Source: an uncultured Gammaproteobacteria bacterium
GTDB taxonomy: Bacteria; Patescibacteriota; Microgenomatia; Levybacterales; UBA12049
DNA: 64,000 nt
NCBI GenBank assembly: GCA_964503265.1
Contig: CAZCYO010000002.1
Coordinates: 194,604-258,603, forward strand
Reading direction: 5' to 3'
The position numbers and the translations under genes were made by a program. The notes under the pieces were generated by a model that saw only the letters and a list, made by a program, of their open reading frames with translations, did no database searches and was not told the DNA's origin. Numbering within the stretch: the stretch's first letter is position 1; each line of letters opens with the position of its first letter. Positions 1 through 8,729 of the stretch are shown piece by piece.

Positions 1-1
1 A

Positions 2-366
2 CGAGAACTCTATCATCATAAGATCTTACTTAATAACGATCTCTTTTCACTAGCAAAGAACCTACAAAAGGAATATCCTCTATATATCCTTGCGAACGAA
101 TCATTTGAAGGACTTCGTGTAAAAAAAATAAATTTCAATTAGATGATTACTTTACTCAGATCTTTAACTCTGCCGAACTCGGACTTTCAAAACCAGACCC
201 TAACATATTTGAAACAGTTCTTGAAAGAATACAAACTCCTGCAGAACATGTTCTATTTATCGATGATCAAGAGCGCAATGTGAAAGCAGCAGCAAAGTTA
301 GGAATAAAGAGTATTCATTACACGGATTTTGAGAAACTTATTGAAGAATTACCGTTTCTTTCACTG
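2..366 (+). pseudogene. HAD-superfamily hydrolase (subfamily IA-like); 5' end lies outside the window; reading frame broken inside an A8 homopolymer
   Basis: Frame 2 (2-139) reads ...LAKNLQKEYPLYILANESFEGLRVKKINFN*. Frame 1 (109-366) continues QLDDYFTQIFNSAELGLSKPDPNIFETVLERIQTPAEHVLFIDDQERNVKAAAKLGIKSIHY... with the HAD motifs KPDP and hhhDD. The two halves join only with a 1-nt shift inside aaaaaaaa at 121-128. This may be a sequencing error, slippage or a true pseudogene. Confidence 0.5.
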
Positions 367-373
367 TAGATAT

Positions 374-961
374 TTATATAATTGGATGGTTATATTTAGC
401 AACTAATGGCGCTAAATCTGGGAGACCAAAGAGTTCTGCCAAGGCATTAAAATTTCTCACTTTATCTTCCCCATACTTACTCACAAATGCTACGTAGGTA
501 TCAAACGTATTAAAGTTCGGATCTTTTGAGTGGAATTTATCTGCATACATAATGAGTTTTTCCTCCATCGTCTCTGCCAGATAATCGGCCACTGGAAGCG
601 GTAAGTTCTGTCTCACCACATCATCTTTCGTGATCCCTGCTCCTGTATGATGAATCGCAATACGACACAGTGCTTCTGGATAATTTTCCTCTTTTAATAT
701 CGCGTAGCCCTCAACGCCATGTCGAATATAATTCGGCCCGTCAAATACGCCATCACTACTAATTAATTTATATGCGCCAATGTCATGAAGCAGCGCCCCA
801 GCGATCGCCAACTCTTTATCAATTGATAAATCCTTCTTTTCCATAATCCCCTCGGCAATTTCTTTCACGATAAGACTATGAGTGAAGACAAGATCAAACA
901 CCTTCTCACTCGGTGCATGTTTATGATGAAGAGCTGTTATTTCAGATAGTGACGGTATCAT
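374..961 (-). CDS. HD-domain (HDIG-type) metal-dependent phosphohydrolase
   Basis: Motifs ALLHDIGAYK and IAIHHTGAGI (the H..HD...H...D pattern of the HD superfamily); 195 aa ORF. Confidence 0.75.
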   Translation of the reverse strand: MIPSLSEITALHHKHAPSEKVFDLVFTHSLIVKEIAEGIMEKKDLSIDKELAIAGALLHDIGAYKLISSDGVFDGPNYIRHGVEGYAILKEENYPEALCRIAIHHTGAGITKDDVVRQNLPLPVADYLAETMEEKLIMYADKFHSKDPNFNTFDTYVAFVSKYGEDKVRNFNALAELFGLPDLAPLVAKYNHPII

Positions 962-1102
962 AGATTAGTTCGACTTGATTGAGAGGCTCCTTGATAGATT
1001 ATTTTTCCCTGTTCCATATACGCAGTATAACAAAGATTAGTCTGTGTTTGTTTATCTAAGAAAACATGTTACTCAAAGAATTTATTCTGTATACTAGATA
1101 AA

Positions 1103-2149
1103 ATGACTACTGAAGATGAAGATATTCTAAAGGATGCGAAGCTTCGATTTTCGTCTGATCAAAAACCTGGATTTACGAGAAAAGTAGTTGGTGAACACTT
1201 CGAATATTTTAACCTGAGTGGTGAGAAAATTACAGACGAAAAAGTAATTGAGCGAATAAATAAACTCGTTATTCCTCCTGCATATAAAAATGTCTGGATC
1301 TGTCCATATGCTAATGGTTACCTCCAGGCAACCGGTCATGATGATCGAGGACGTAAGCAATATCGCTATCACCCGCAGTGGATAGAAGCAATGCAGGAAG
1401 AAAAATTCTCACATCTATTACAGTTCGCACATCTGCTGCCTAAAATCCGTCGTCGTGTAAATCATGATCTCAAACTACGTGGCATGCCAAAAGAAAAAGT
1501 TATGGCGACAGTCGTCTGGCTTCTCGAAAATACTCTTATTCGAATCGGGAACGAAGAGTATGAAAAAGAAAATAAATCGTACGGCCTAACCACACTTAAA
1601 AATAGGCATGTGAAATTTACGAGAAAACATAATACTCTTTTTGAATTTAAAGGGAAAAGTGGTGTGTATCATTCGGTGAGTATTTACAGTAAAAAAGTAG
1701 CAGCAATTGTTCGCAAATGTAAAGAACTTCCCGGCCAGGACTTATTCGAATATAAAGATGAAGATGGTGAGATTAAAAATATCTCATCATATGAAGTAAA
1801 TGAATATTTAAAAGAGATCACAGGAGCTGAAACCACTGCCAAAGATTTTCGAACTTGGGGTGGAACGGTTATGGCTGCAACTAATTTCGATAACTGCGGG
1901 ATCTGTGATGAAGAGAATATATCAAAGAAAAATATCGTCGAAACAGTGAAAAAAGTTTCAGGTCATTTGCGAAATCGTCCAGCAACATGCAAAAAATACT
2001 ACATTCACCCATCGATCATTAGTGCCTATGAAGACGGCAAAATAATTTCTAATATCGAACAAATGCTCAAAAAAAAGAAATACGAGAAAATTCGCGGACT
2101 AGATGAATGTGAAAATAAAGTCGTAGCACTTCTCACTGCAATGGGATAA
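1103..2149 (+). CDS. topIB: DNA topoisomerase IB (poxvirus/eukaryote-like type IB, bacterial TopIB)
   Basis: 348 aa; N-terminal DNA-binding region and C-terminal catalytic region typical of bacterial TopIB (…KDFRTWGGT…, …YYIHPSII…). Confidence 0.8.
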   Translation: MTTEDEDILKDAKLRFSSDQKPGFTRKVVGEHFEYFNLSGEKITDEKVIERINKLVIPPAYKNVWICPYANGYLQATGHDDRGRKQYRYHPQWIEAMQEEKFSHLLQFAHLLPKIRRRVNHDLKLRGMPKEKVMATVVWLLENTLIRIGNEEYEKENKSYGLTTLKNRHVKFTRKHNTLFEFKGKSGVYHSVSIYSKKVAAIVRKCKELPGQDLFEYKDEDGEIKNISSYEVNEYLKEITGAETTAKDFRTWGGTVMAATNFDNCGICDEENISKKNIVETVKKVSGHLRNRPATCKKYYIHPSIISAYEDGKIISNIEQMLKKKKYEKIRGLDECENKVVALLTAMG

Positions 2150-2165
2150 GTTGTCATCCTCAAAA

Positions 2166-2741
2166 TTAGTGGAATGTCTTTCCTTTTTCGAGCATGTTAA
2201 TAAATTCATTCATTAATCGTTCTTTCGTTTCTGTCTTTTTCGCATTCTGTAGTCGATAGCTCATCACATAGAGATTCACTCGTTTTAGCGTGTCAAAAAA
2301 TAGTTTGGCTTTTTTATTTTTTTCAAGTAATTGTAAAAATTCATCAGGAAATGTGGAGTTACTAAATGAATCGTATGCAGCATCCCATCTTCCATCTGCC
2401 TTTGCAGCGATAACTGCCGCAAGCCCACTTGGTTTCATTTTTTTCTCCATTACAAGTCGTTCTATATGTTCGGTGTTTACTTTAGACCATTTAGATCGCG
2501 GCCCACGAGGAGTAAATCGCTGCATATAGGAGTCTTCATCATATGTTTTCGTGAGCCCATCAATCCAACCATAACAAAGTGCCACGTCAAGTGCCTGATC
2601 GTAGTTAATAGATGTTTTCCCAGATGCTTTTTTATACATCTTAATCCACAGCTCAGTTGTGTCAGCATGATGACTTTCAAGCCATGCTTCAAAGTCCTTA
2701 GGAGTTACAAAAAGAGTTGGGATTACATGTAGGGTATTCAT
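2166..2741 (-). CDS. YdeI/OmpD-associated (DUF1801-like) family protein
   Basis: 191 aa; …GWIDGLTKTYDEDSYMQRFTPRGPRSKWSKVN… resembles YdeI-family bacteriocin-protection proteins. Confidence 0.6.
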   Translation of the reverse strand: MNTLHVIPTLFVTPKDFEAWLESHHADTTELWIKMYKKASGKTSINYDQALDVALCYGWIDGLTKTYDEDSYMQRFTPRGPRSKWSKVNTEHIERLVMEKKMKPSGLAAVIAAKADGRWDAAYDSFSNSTFPDEFLQLLEKNKKAKLFFDTLKRVNLYVMSYRLQNAKKTETKERLMNEFINMLEKGKTFH

Positions 2742-2755
2742 ACGCTAAAATAAAT

Positions 2756-2792
2756 ATTCTGTCATCCCAAATCAAGTTTGGGATGACAGAAT
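2756..2792. repeat. Extended palindrome, TGTCATYCC…GGRATGACA family (copy 1)
   Basis: attctgtcatcccaaatcaagtttgggatgacagaat; near-perfect; downstream of the tktC stop. Confidence 0.85.
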
Positions 2793-2803
2793 ATAAGAGA
2801 TTA

Positions 2804-3793
2804 CTATTTTCTAGAAATAACTTTTTTAACGGCTTCTTTGATCGCGGGGGCGTCCATGTGGTATTTCGCGAGGAGTTCTTTGGGTGTTCCTGATTCGGCG
2901 AACGTGTCTTGGAGGCCGATAAATTCCTGAGGGGTGGGATGATGTTTTGCGAGTGTTTCAGCAATCAGACTGCCTAATCCCCCCATTACTTGATGATCTT
3001 CAACAGAGACGATTGCTCCAGTTCGTTTCGCAAGTTCGACGACGGTGTCGGAATCAAGTGGTTTAATCATCGCGACATTCGCAACTAGCACCTGGATTCC
3101 CTCTTCTTCAAGCTCTTTTGCGGCAAGTAAGGCATAGTAGAGCATGTAGCCAGTGGCAAAGATTGTCGCAACTGGATTCTCGTTCACCCAGAAGGTTTGG
3201 ATTTTATGAGCGTCAAATGGTGTCTCTTCTGTCGTGATGAGTGGCGTTTTATCTCTGGTATAGCGAAGATATGCTGGTCCATAGTGACTTCCGACATATT
3301 CTGTGGCTTTTTTCGACTCAATTGCATCACAGGGAACTGCAATTTCAATGCCTGGCCATGCGCGAACTGAGGCAATATCTTCTGTCGCTTGGTGTGTCGC
3401 TCCATCTGGTCCAGTCATGATTCCAGCATGATGTCCAGCTACTTTGACGTTTGACTCGTTATATACGATCGTTGTTCTGATCTGCTCCCAGTTGCGGCCT
3501 GGATTAAATGTCGCATATGAGGAGATAAAGGCTGTTTTCCCACTGACTCCCATACCAGCTGCAATCGTCGCCATATTTTGCTCTGCAACTCCCACATCAA
3601 AGAACCGTTCTGGAAATTTTTTCTCAAACGCATCACATCGAGTCGATTCTGAAAGGTCTGCAGTGAGGACGACAACGTTTGGATCTTTTTCTCCAAGTGC
3701 GACGATACCTGTGCCAAATCCATCACGAGTTGCTTTCTGTTCGACATCAGCATCAAAGAGTTTTTCGTTAAGTTTTAAATCTTTATTTAACAT
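2804..3793 (-). CDS. tktB: Transketolase, C-terminal (pyrimidine-binding) subunit
   Basis: 329 aa; transketolase Pyr and C-terminal domains (…TRDGFG…, …HQVMGGLGS…); directly downstream of the N-terminal subunit gene. Confidence 0.9.
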   Translation of the reverse strand: MLNKDLKLNEKLFDADVEQKATRDGFGTGIVALGEKDPNVVVLTADLSESTRCDAFEKKFPERFFDVGVAEQNMATIAAGMGVSGKTAFISSYATFNPGRNWEQIRTTIVYNESNVKVAGHHAGIMTGPDGATHQATEDIASVRAWPGIEIAVPCDAIESKKATEYVGSHYGPAYLRYTRDKTPLITTEETPFDAHKIQTFWVNENPVATIFATGYMLYYALLAAKELEEEGIQVLVANVAMIKPLDSDTVVELAKRTGAIVSVEDHQVMGGLGSLIAETLAKHHPTPQEFIGLQDTFAESGTPKELLAKYHMDAPAIKEAVKKVISRK

Positions 3794-3807
3794 ATTTTTC
3801 TTATAAT

Positions 3808-3832
3808 TGTCATCCTCGACTTGATCGAGGAT
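3808..3832. repeat. Family palindrome (partial) overlapping the 5' leader of tkt C-subunit gene
   Basis: tgtcatcctcgacttgatcgaggat; the minus-strand RNA reads …tcgaggatgacaatta… 14 nt before the ATG. Confidence 0.7.
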
Positions 3833-3871
3833 CTATTAGATAAATTCCTAATATAAGGATAGATCTAAAAG

Positions 3872-3896
3872 ATTCCCGTTTTCACGGGAATGACAG
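3872..3896 (-). terminator. Family palindrome acting as intrinsic terminator of tkt N-subunit gene
   Basis: Minus-strand reading: tgtcattcccgtgaaaacgggaat + cttttag directly after the stop. Confidence 0.65.
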
Positions 3897-3897
3897 A

Positions 3898-4779
3898 TTA
3901 TACTGTCGCCATTCTCATATGTAGCTCGTCTTCGATTTTTTTAAGTTCTGTTAAGGCTTTTTCTGCTTCTTCTGCATTTGGTGGTTTACCATGCCAGGTG
4001 TAGTCTCGCTCCATGAAACTCACTCCCTTACCAGGATTCGTATGCGCCATAATAAGTGTCGGTTTCCCATGTAACTGCTTCGCTTCTTCAACAGCTTTAA
4101 TAACTGCAGCCATATCATTTCCATCGACTTCAATCACATGCCAGTTAAATGCTTCGTATTTCGCTCGAAATGGTTCAAGCGGCATAACCTTACTCACTGG
4201 TCCATCAATCTGAATATCATTATAGTCAATTATTTGAATCAGATGGTCAAGTCCCCATTTGCCAGCACTCATCGCTGCTTCCCAGGTACTTCCCTCCTGA
4301 TGCTCGCCATCAGATGTTAAGACATAGACATAATGAGATTTCTGATCAAGTCTGGCTGCGAGTGCAATACCAACTCCCTGAGAAAGTCCTTCACCTAGTG
4401 GTCCTGATGTCGTCTCTAAACCCGGAAGCACAGTTCTATGTGGATGCCCCTGGAGTCGGGAGTTAATTTTGCGAAGTGTTTTAAGTTCTTCAATCGGGAA
4501 ATATCCAGCTGTCGCCATCGTGACGTAGCGCACAGGACAGATATGACCATTTGAGAGAAGTAATCGATCTCGATCTGGCATATCTGAATTCGTCGGATCA
4601 TGGTGAAGCAGATGAAAATAGAGTGCTGTAAAAATATCGGCCATACCAAGTGGACCAGCAGAGTGCCCGGATTTGGCTTCAAGAAGCGTCGTCATGAGAA
4701 GCTGGCGAACAGTGTTCGCCTTCAGTTGTAGTTCGATGAGTTGTTTTTCAGATAGTTGTTCCATATAGTTAATTGTCAT
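3898..4779 (-). CDS. tktA: Transketolase, N-terminal (TPP-binding) subunit
   Basis: 293 aa; TPP-binding motifs GHSAGPLGMADIF and LTSDGEHQEGSTWEA. Alternative start at M6 (4764). Confidence 0.9.
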   Translation of the reverse strand: MTINYMEQLSEKQLIELQLKANTVRQLLMTTLLEAKSGHSAGPLGMADIFTALYFHLLHHDPTNSDMPDRDRLLLSNGHICPVRYVTMATAGYFPIEELKTLRKINSRLQGHPHRTVLPGLETTSGPLGEGLSQGVGIALAARLDQKSHYVYVLTSDGEHQEGSTWEAAMSAGKWGLDHLIQIIDYNDIQIDGPVSKVMPLEPFRAKYEAFNWHVIEVDGNDMAAVIKAVEEAKQLHGKPTLIMAHTNPGKGVSFMERDYTWHGKPPNAEEAEKALTELKKIEDELHMRMATV

Positions 4780-4802
4780 CCTCGATCAAGTCGAGAATGA
4801 CA
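4774..4802. repeat. Family palindrome overlapping the tkt N-subunit start codon
   Basis: tgtcatcctcgatcaagtcgagaatgaca; the annotated ATG (4777-4779) lies inside the left arm. Confidence 0.8.
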
Positions 4803-4813
4803 TGTATAATATC

Positions 4814-6088
4814 TCACTTCTTATAAATAATCATCAAGTCTGAGACGTTCGATTCTAGTTTTCCAGTGTCGATTCCGTCTCCTATTTTTGAAAAGAATTC
4901 GTAACTATTATCATCTGCCAAAAAACTCTGAGGGTCAAGATGCATTTCCTGCGCTTTTTTAACAGTACTGCTATCAGCGATCGCTCCAGCAAAGAAGTAA
5001 AAATCCATTCCATCACTATCAAATGATGCAAAGGTAGTCTTTTCATCAAGATGTGGTAAGCTTCCTAGAACTAATGTTTGGTTCCGCCCACCTTTACCTG
5101 TACCTGTTACATGTAACGTCGTTTCTCCACCAAGTAACGTTAAACCAGGTTGCGCATCAGCAAGTAATTGTTTTGCGAGAGTTTTCGCATCTCCCTGTGT
5201 TTTATCAGATCCGATGGTGACAGAAATTCCTAACGATTCAGCTTTTTTCTTCATCGCTTCCATGGCTGTTCTGTTACTCACAATGAGAAGATTTGAGACG
5301 TTAGAAAAGTATTTATCATCTGTCGCTATTTCTGAAAAGTCGCTATCTGCAAGAGTCAAATCTTCAGGAAGTGGATATTTCGTGAGAAGTTCACGCACTG
5401 TTTCCATGGTTGATTCTTCTTTTACCGTCGGTCCTGAAGCGATCACTGATAGTACACTTCCTGGAACATCTGAGAACATCAAACTCATCACACGAGAAGG
5501 ATACAAATGCTTGGCCAGTCCCCCACCTTTTACTTTTGAAAGATGTTTACGAATGACATTCATTTCTGAGATCGTCGCACCACTTTTCAGCATGGAGTCA
5601 AATACTTTTTTCAATTTTTCAAACTCTAATGCATATGGTGCTTCAAACATAGCCGATCCACCACCGCAAATCACAACTAATACTAAATCTTCTTCTGTTA
5701 GATCATGGATATTCTCAAGAACCTGTTTTGTAAATGCGATATTTGTTTCAGATGGTAGTGGATGTGTACCGAGTGTAAAGTGAATTTTTGAAAATGTTTG
5801 TTCGACATTATCGATCACATAACCGTCTGTTAACCTGTCTCCAAGTGTCTTTTCAATAATTTGCGCAATCCCGGCTGAACCTTTTCCAAACCCAATCACG
5901 AACACACGCTTGTAGTGATTCAGATCTACTGATTCATTCATGATCGTGAGCATCGAATCGTTAAGTGAAACATGCGTATTCATCGCGTTTGCCGGCTGGA
6001 TTGAAGTGAAGGCTGTTTCAATAAGATCGAGGATAACTTTTCGTTCTGGAGTCGTAGCTAATGTGTCGTAATTTTTAATAACGCTCAT
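4814..6088 (-). CDS. Glycerate kinase (MOFRL/DUF4147 family, glycerate 2-kinase)
   Basis: ORF 4814..6124. Probable start M13 (MSVIKNYD…) at 6088. Glycine-rich GKGSAG and LLGGETTLHVTGTGKGGRNQ motifs typical of MOFRL glycerate kinases. Confidence 0.75.
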   Translation of the reverse strand: MSVIKNYDTLATTPERKVILDLIETAFTSIQPANAMNTHVSLNDSMLTIMNESVDLNHYKRVFVIGFGKGSAGIAQIIEKTLGDRLTDGYVIDNVEQTFSKIHFTLGTHPLPSETNIAFTKQVLENIHDLTEEDLVLVVICGGGSAMFEAPYALEFEKLKKVFDSMLKSGATISEMNVIRKHLSKVKGGGLAKHLYPSRVMSLMFSDVPGSVLSVIASGPTVKEESTMETVRELLTKYPLPEDLTLADSDFSEIATDDKYFSNVSNLLIVSNRTAMEAMKKKAESLGISVTIGSDKTQGDAKTLAKQLLADAQPGLTLLGGETTLHVTGTGKGGRNQTLVLGSLPHLDEKTTFASFDSDGMDFYFFAGAIADSSTVKKAQEMHLDPQSFLADDNSYEFFSKIGDGIDTGKLESNVSDLMIIYKK

Positions 6089-6210
6089 TAAGATAAATAT
6101 ACAGTGTGTCCTGAGGGAAAGCAACTCGGTATTTACTCAAACAAGCTATAGTATCATCCATTTCGAGAACCATGACGTGCCGGAACCGATTCTGGTAAAG
6201 CTTTCAGCTT

Positions 6211-6296
6211 TCTAGAATGACAATAATATAGGTGTCATCCCAGACCCCGCCAATGTTTTAAAAGAGCGAGTTGGGGGTGACAAGCATACTACATGA
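6211..6296. repeat. Cluster of degenerate family half-sites in the divergent region
   Basis: tctagaatgacaat…gtgtcatcccagacccc…gggggtgacaag. Confidence 0.4.
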
Positions 6297-6311
6297 ATAT
6301 ATAATTACCAT

Positions 6312-6815
6312 GTGATCCACTATTCATTTACTACATCATTCGTTATTAACTCGTCACTCCCAGCTGTTTGGAAAACACTTCTGGATTTTCCGCAATGGAA
6401 AAGCTGGTGGCCAGGTGTGAAATCTCTGAGTGTTTCTGCTAAAAAACTTTCGCCAATACTCCACCTGAGAATTGGATTTCCGTTTTATTCCCTCGCACTT
6501 AATCTTCAAATCACCCATATTGATACAAAAAAAGTCATAGCATTTACGACAAGTGGAGATCTTATCGGAAATGGCATGTTCATTCTCAACACAAAAGGCG
6601 AATCTACAGAAGTCATATTCGATTGGAATGTCGCCACACCAAAATTATGGATGAATATCGTTGGAGCACTAGCCAAGCCTATTTTTGAATTCTCGCATAA
6701 TGTAGTGATGCGATGGTTTGTAGAAGGTCTTGCAAAACAGCTGCGAACAAGTGCGTCAGATGTGTCCTATACAGTAAACAAAACACCACCTGTAAGAGAA
6801 GAATTTACAATCTAA
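6312..6815 (+). CDS. SRPBCC (polyketide cyclase/START-like) family protein
   Basis: 167 aa; N-terminal …SLPAVWKTLLDFPQWKSWWPGVKS… matches the Polyketide_cyc2/SRPBCC signature. Confidence 0.55.
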   Translation: MIHYSFTTSFVINSSLPAVWKTLLDFPQWKSWWPGVKSLSVSAKKLSPILHLRIGFPFYSLALNLQITHIDTKKVIAFTTSGDLIGNGMFILNTKGESTEVIFDWNVATPKLWMNIVGALAKPIFEFSHNVVMRWFVEGLAKQLRTSASDVSYTVNKTPPVREEFTI

Positions 6816-6875
6816 CTTAGATATTACGTAAGAAGACGTGTCATCGTGTGGACTGTACAAAACAATGACTAACGT

Positions 6876-7694
6876 TTAGTTTCGACTTGAATCAACGATA
6901 GATTGTACGCTTTTACTACCACGAAAAAGATGTTTTGCACGATGCAGTCGCATTCGAACAGTTGACATAGGAACATCTAGTTCTCGGGCGATATCGCTAT
7001 AGCTTAGGTCACCAAAATATCTCAACTCTACGATTCGTCGATAATCATCAGGTAAGGTACCTATAACCCGTAAAATTTCATTCGAAGTTTCATCGCGTAA
7101 TGTATATTCTTCAGTTCGTTCACCTGAAACCAGCGTTCCTAGATCCTGATCACCAAAACCCGCATGTTTAGTTCTACTCCTTTGCTTTCTCAGTTCATCA
7201 AATGCTTTATTCCGAGCGATCTTGGCTCCCCACGGACCTAATCCTCCCCGATCTTCGACAAAACTATCCCGGTGTATCCACATTGCGAGGTGTGCTTCTT
7301 GAACTACCTGCTCTGCAATTCCACGATCACCAACTATTCTCTGTACAGACACAACTGTCTTTTCCCTATCATCTTCAAAGTAACGCTTCAATTTTTCTTC
7401 TAATTCATGTAAATCTTTGGGTTCTCGTTTTGTACTAATGGGCTCTGGAAGATGGTGTTCTCCATGTTCTGGTAAGGAAACGTCTTCAGCACGTAGTGTG
7501 CCTGAAGTATCATACATATCGTGATCAGACACATACCCATTTCCATTCGTACTATCTTCCAATCCATTACTGGATATATGGTCAATAGAATTGATAGGTA
7601 CATCAAATGGTAAGGTGAGATCCGCGGGAACCTGATATTCTCCCATATCTTCTGCAACTTCTAGTGGTGTAGTACGTTTAAATTCCATAAGCAC
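6876..7694 (-). CDS. ECF-type sigma-70 factor with a ~100-aa acidic N-terminal extension
   Basis: C-terminal half has sigma region 2 (…VVQEAHLAMWIHRDSF…) and region 4 HTH (…RYFGDLSYSDIARELDVPMSTVRMRLHRA…). N-terminal 100 aa is D/E-rich with no recognisable domain. Confidence 0.75.
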   Translation of the reverse strand: MLMEFKRTTPLEVAEDMGEYQVPADLTLPFDVPINSIDHISSNGLEDSTNGNGYVSDHDMYDTSGTLRAEDVSLPEHGEHHLPEPISTKREPKDLHELEEKLKRYFEDDREKTVVSVQRIVGDRGIAEQVVQEAHLAMWIHRDSFVEDRGGLGPWGAKIARNKAFDELRKQRSRTKHAGFGDQDLGTLVSGERTEEYTLRDETSNEILRVIGTLPDDYRRIVELRYFGDLSYSDIARELDVPMSTVRMRLHRAKHLFRGSKSVQSIVDSSRN

Positions 7695-7801
7695 AAGTGC
7701 GGATTATAGGATATTTTATATGTTTGGTCAACCGTTGTTATCACATAACAGTAAGAACAGTTAACTATTGACAATTATAAAATCAGGAGTATAGTTAGTG
7801 T

Positions 7802-8509
7802 ATGAAAGACACTAAGATAATTGCTTTACCAAACGAGACGCAACCAAGAAATCTTCAGGAGTTAAAAAAGCCTGCTGTTTCAATCCAAGTACTTATTTTT
7901 TCAATCCAACATAATAAACTCACAGTAGCTCTCATTAACCGTCCACGAGAACCATTTCTTAATTTCTGGAGTATTCCGGGAGACATGATCGAGGAACATG
8001 ATCCACTTGAAACTGCTGCACGATCTATTTTATTTCGAAAAACAGGTATTCGAGACGTCTATCTCGAGCAGTTATATACATTTGGAGATATAGATCGAGA
8101 CCCAAGAGGAAGAGTTATCACCATCGCCTATTTCGCGCTTATCCCTCATACAAGTATCGATTTAACGAAAGCGCCACTAACACTTAAAGCAAAATGGGTA
8201 AATGTGAATGCTCTACCAGAATTAGCCTTCGATCACGCAAAAATTATTCAGTATGCAGTAGAACGGATCAAAGCAAAGCTTCTCTATAGTGACATCGCTA
8301 AAGCGCTCCTCCCTGAAAAATTTAGATTATCCGAACTCCAGCAGGTGTATGAAGTCATTCTCGGAAATTCACTTGATAAACGAAATTTCAGAAAGAAAAT
8401 GCTCTCACTGCATATTATCGAACCGACGCTAGAAACATATAAAGAAGGCAGTCATAGACCTGCCAAATTATTTCGATTTTGCACGAAAGAGCTAGTCATT
8501 TTTGATTGA
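7802..8509 (+). CDS. NUDIX-family hydrolase-like protein (NrtR-like architecture with C-terminal extension)
   Basis: 235 aa; degenerate Nudix box around WSIPGDMIEEHDPLETAARSILFRKTGI. C-terminal ~90 aa unassigned. Confidence 0.5.
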   Translation: MKDTKIIALPNETQPRNLQELKKPAVSIQVLIFSIQHNKLTVALINRPREPFLNFWSIPGDMIEEHDPLETAARSILFRKTGIRDVYLEQLYTFGDIDRDPRGRVITIAYFALIPHTSIDLTKAPLTLKAKWVNVNALPELAFDHAKIIQYAVERIKAKLLYSDIAKALLPEKFRLSELQQVYEVILGNSLDKRNFRKKMLSLHIIEPTLETYKEGSHRPAKLFRFCTKELVIFD

Positions 8510-8729
8510 TTTTTTTTGAACAAGAGTTAGTGTATTTAATACATTAACTAAATTACTGATTATTGCTATATATTTTACCTTATAGTAAAATCTCTTAGCA
8601 AAACTTATAGGCTGAATATATGCGTCAGGCGCATCTATTTGTCTAGAAGTACTAGGCAATTGTACTCCAAGTGAGACAGGCGAACGCTCGCCTATCCTCT
8701 CGCAAGGAGTGCTCTTTGACAAGTGAAGA

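Noticed and set aside
1127-1372. 81-aa antisense ORF within topIB, and similar short antisense ORFs (e.g. 2290..2529, 3439..3756, 5214..5783, 15125..15442, 19100..19738, 21523..22014, 48253..48471, 62562..63094)
   Set aside because: Fully embedded in well-supported genes on the opposite strand or in other frames; AT-rich low-complexity translations; no independent support.
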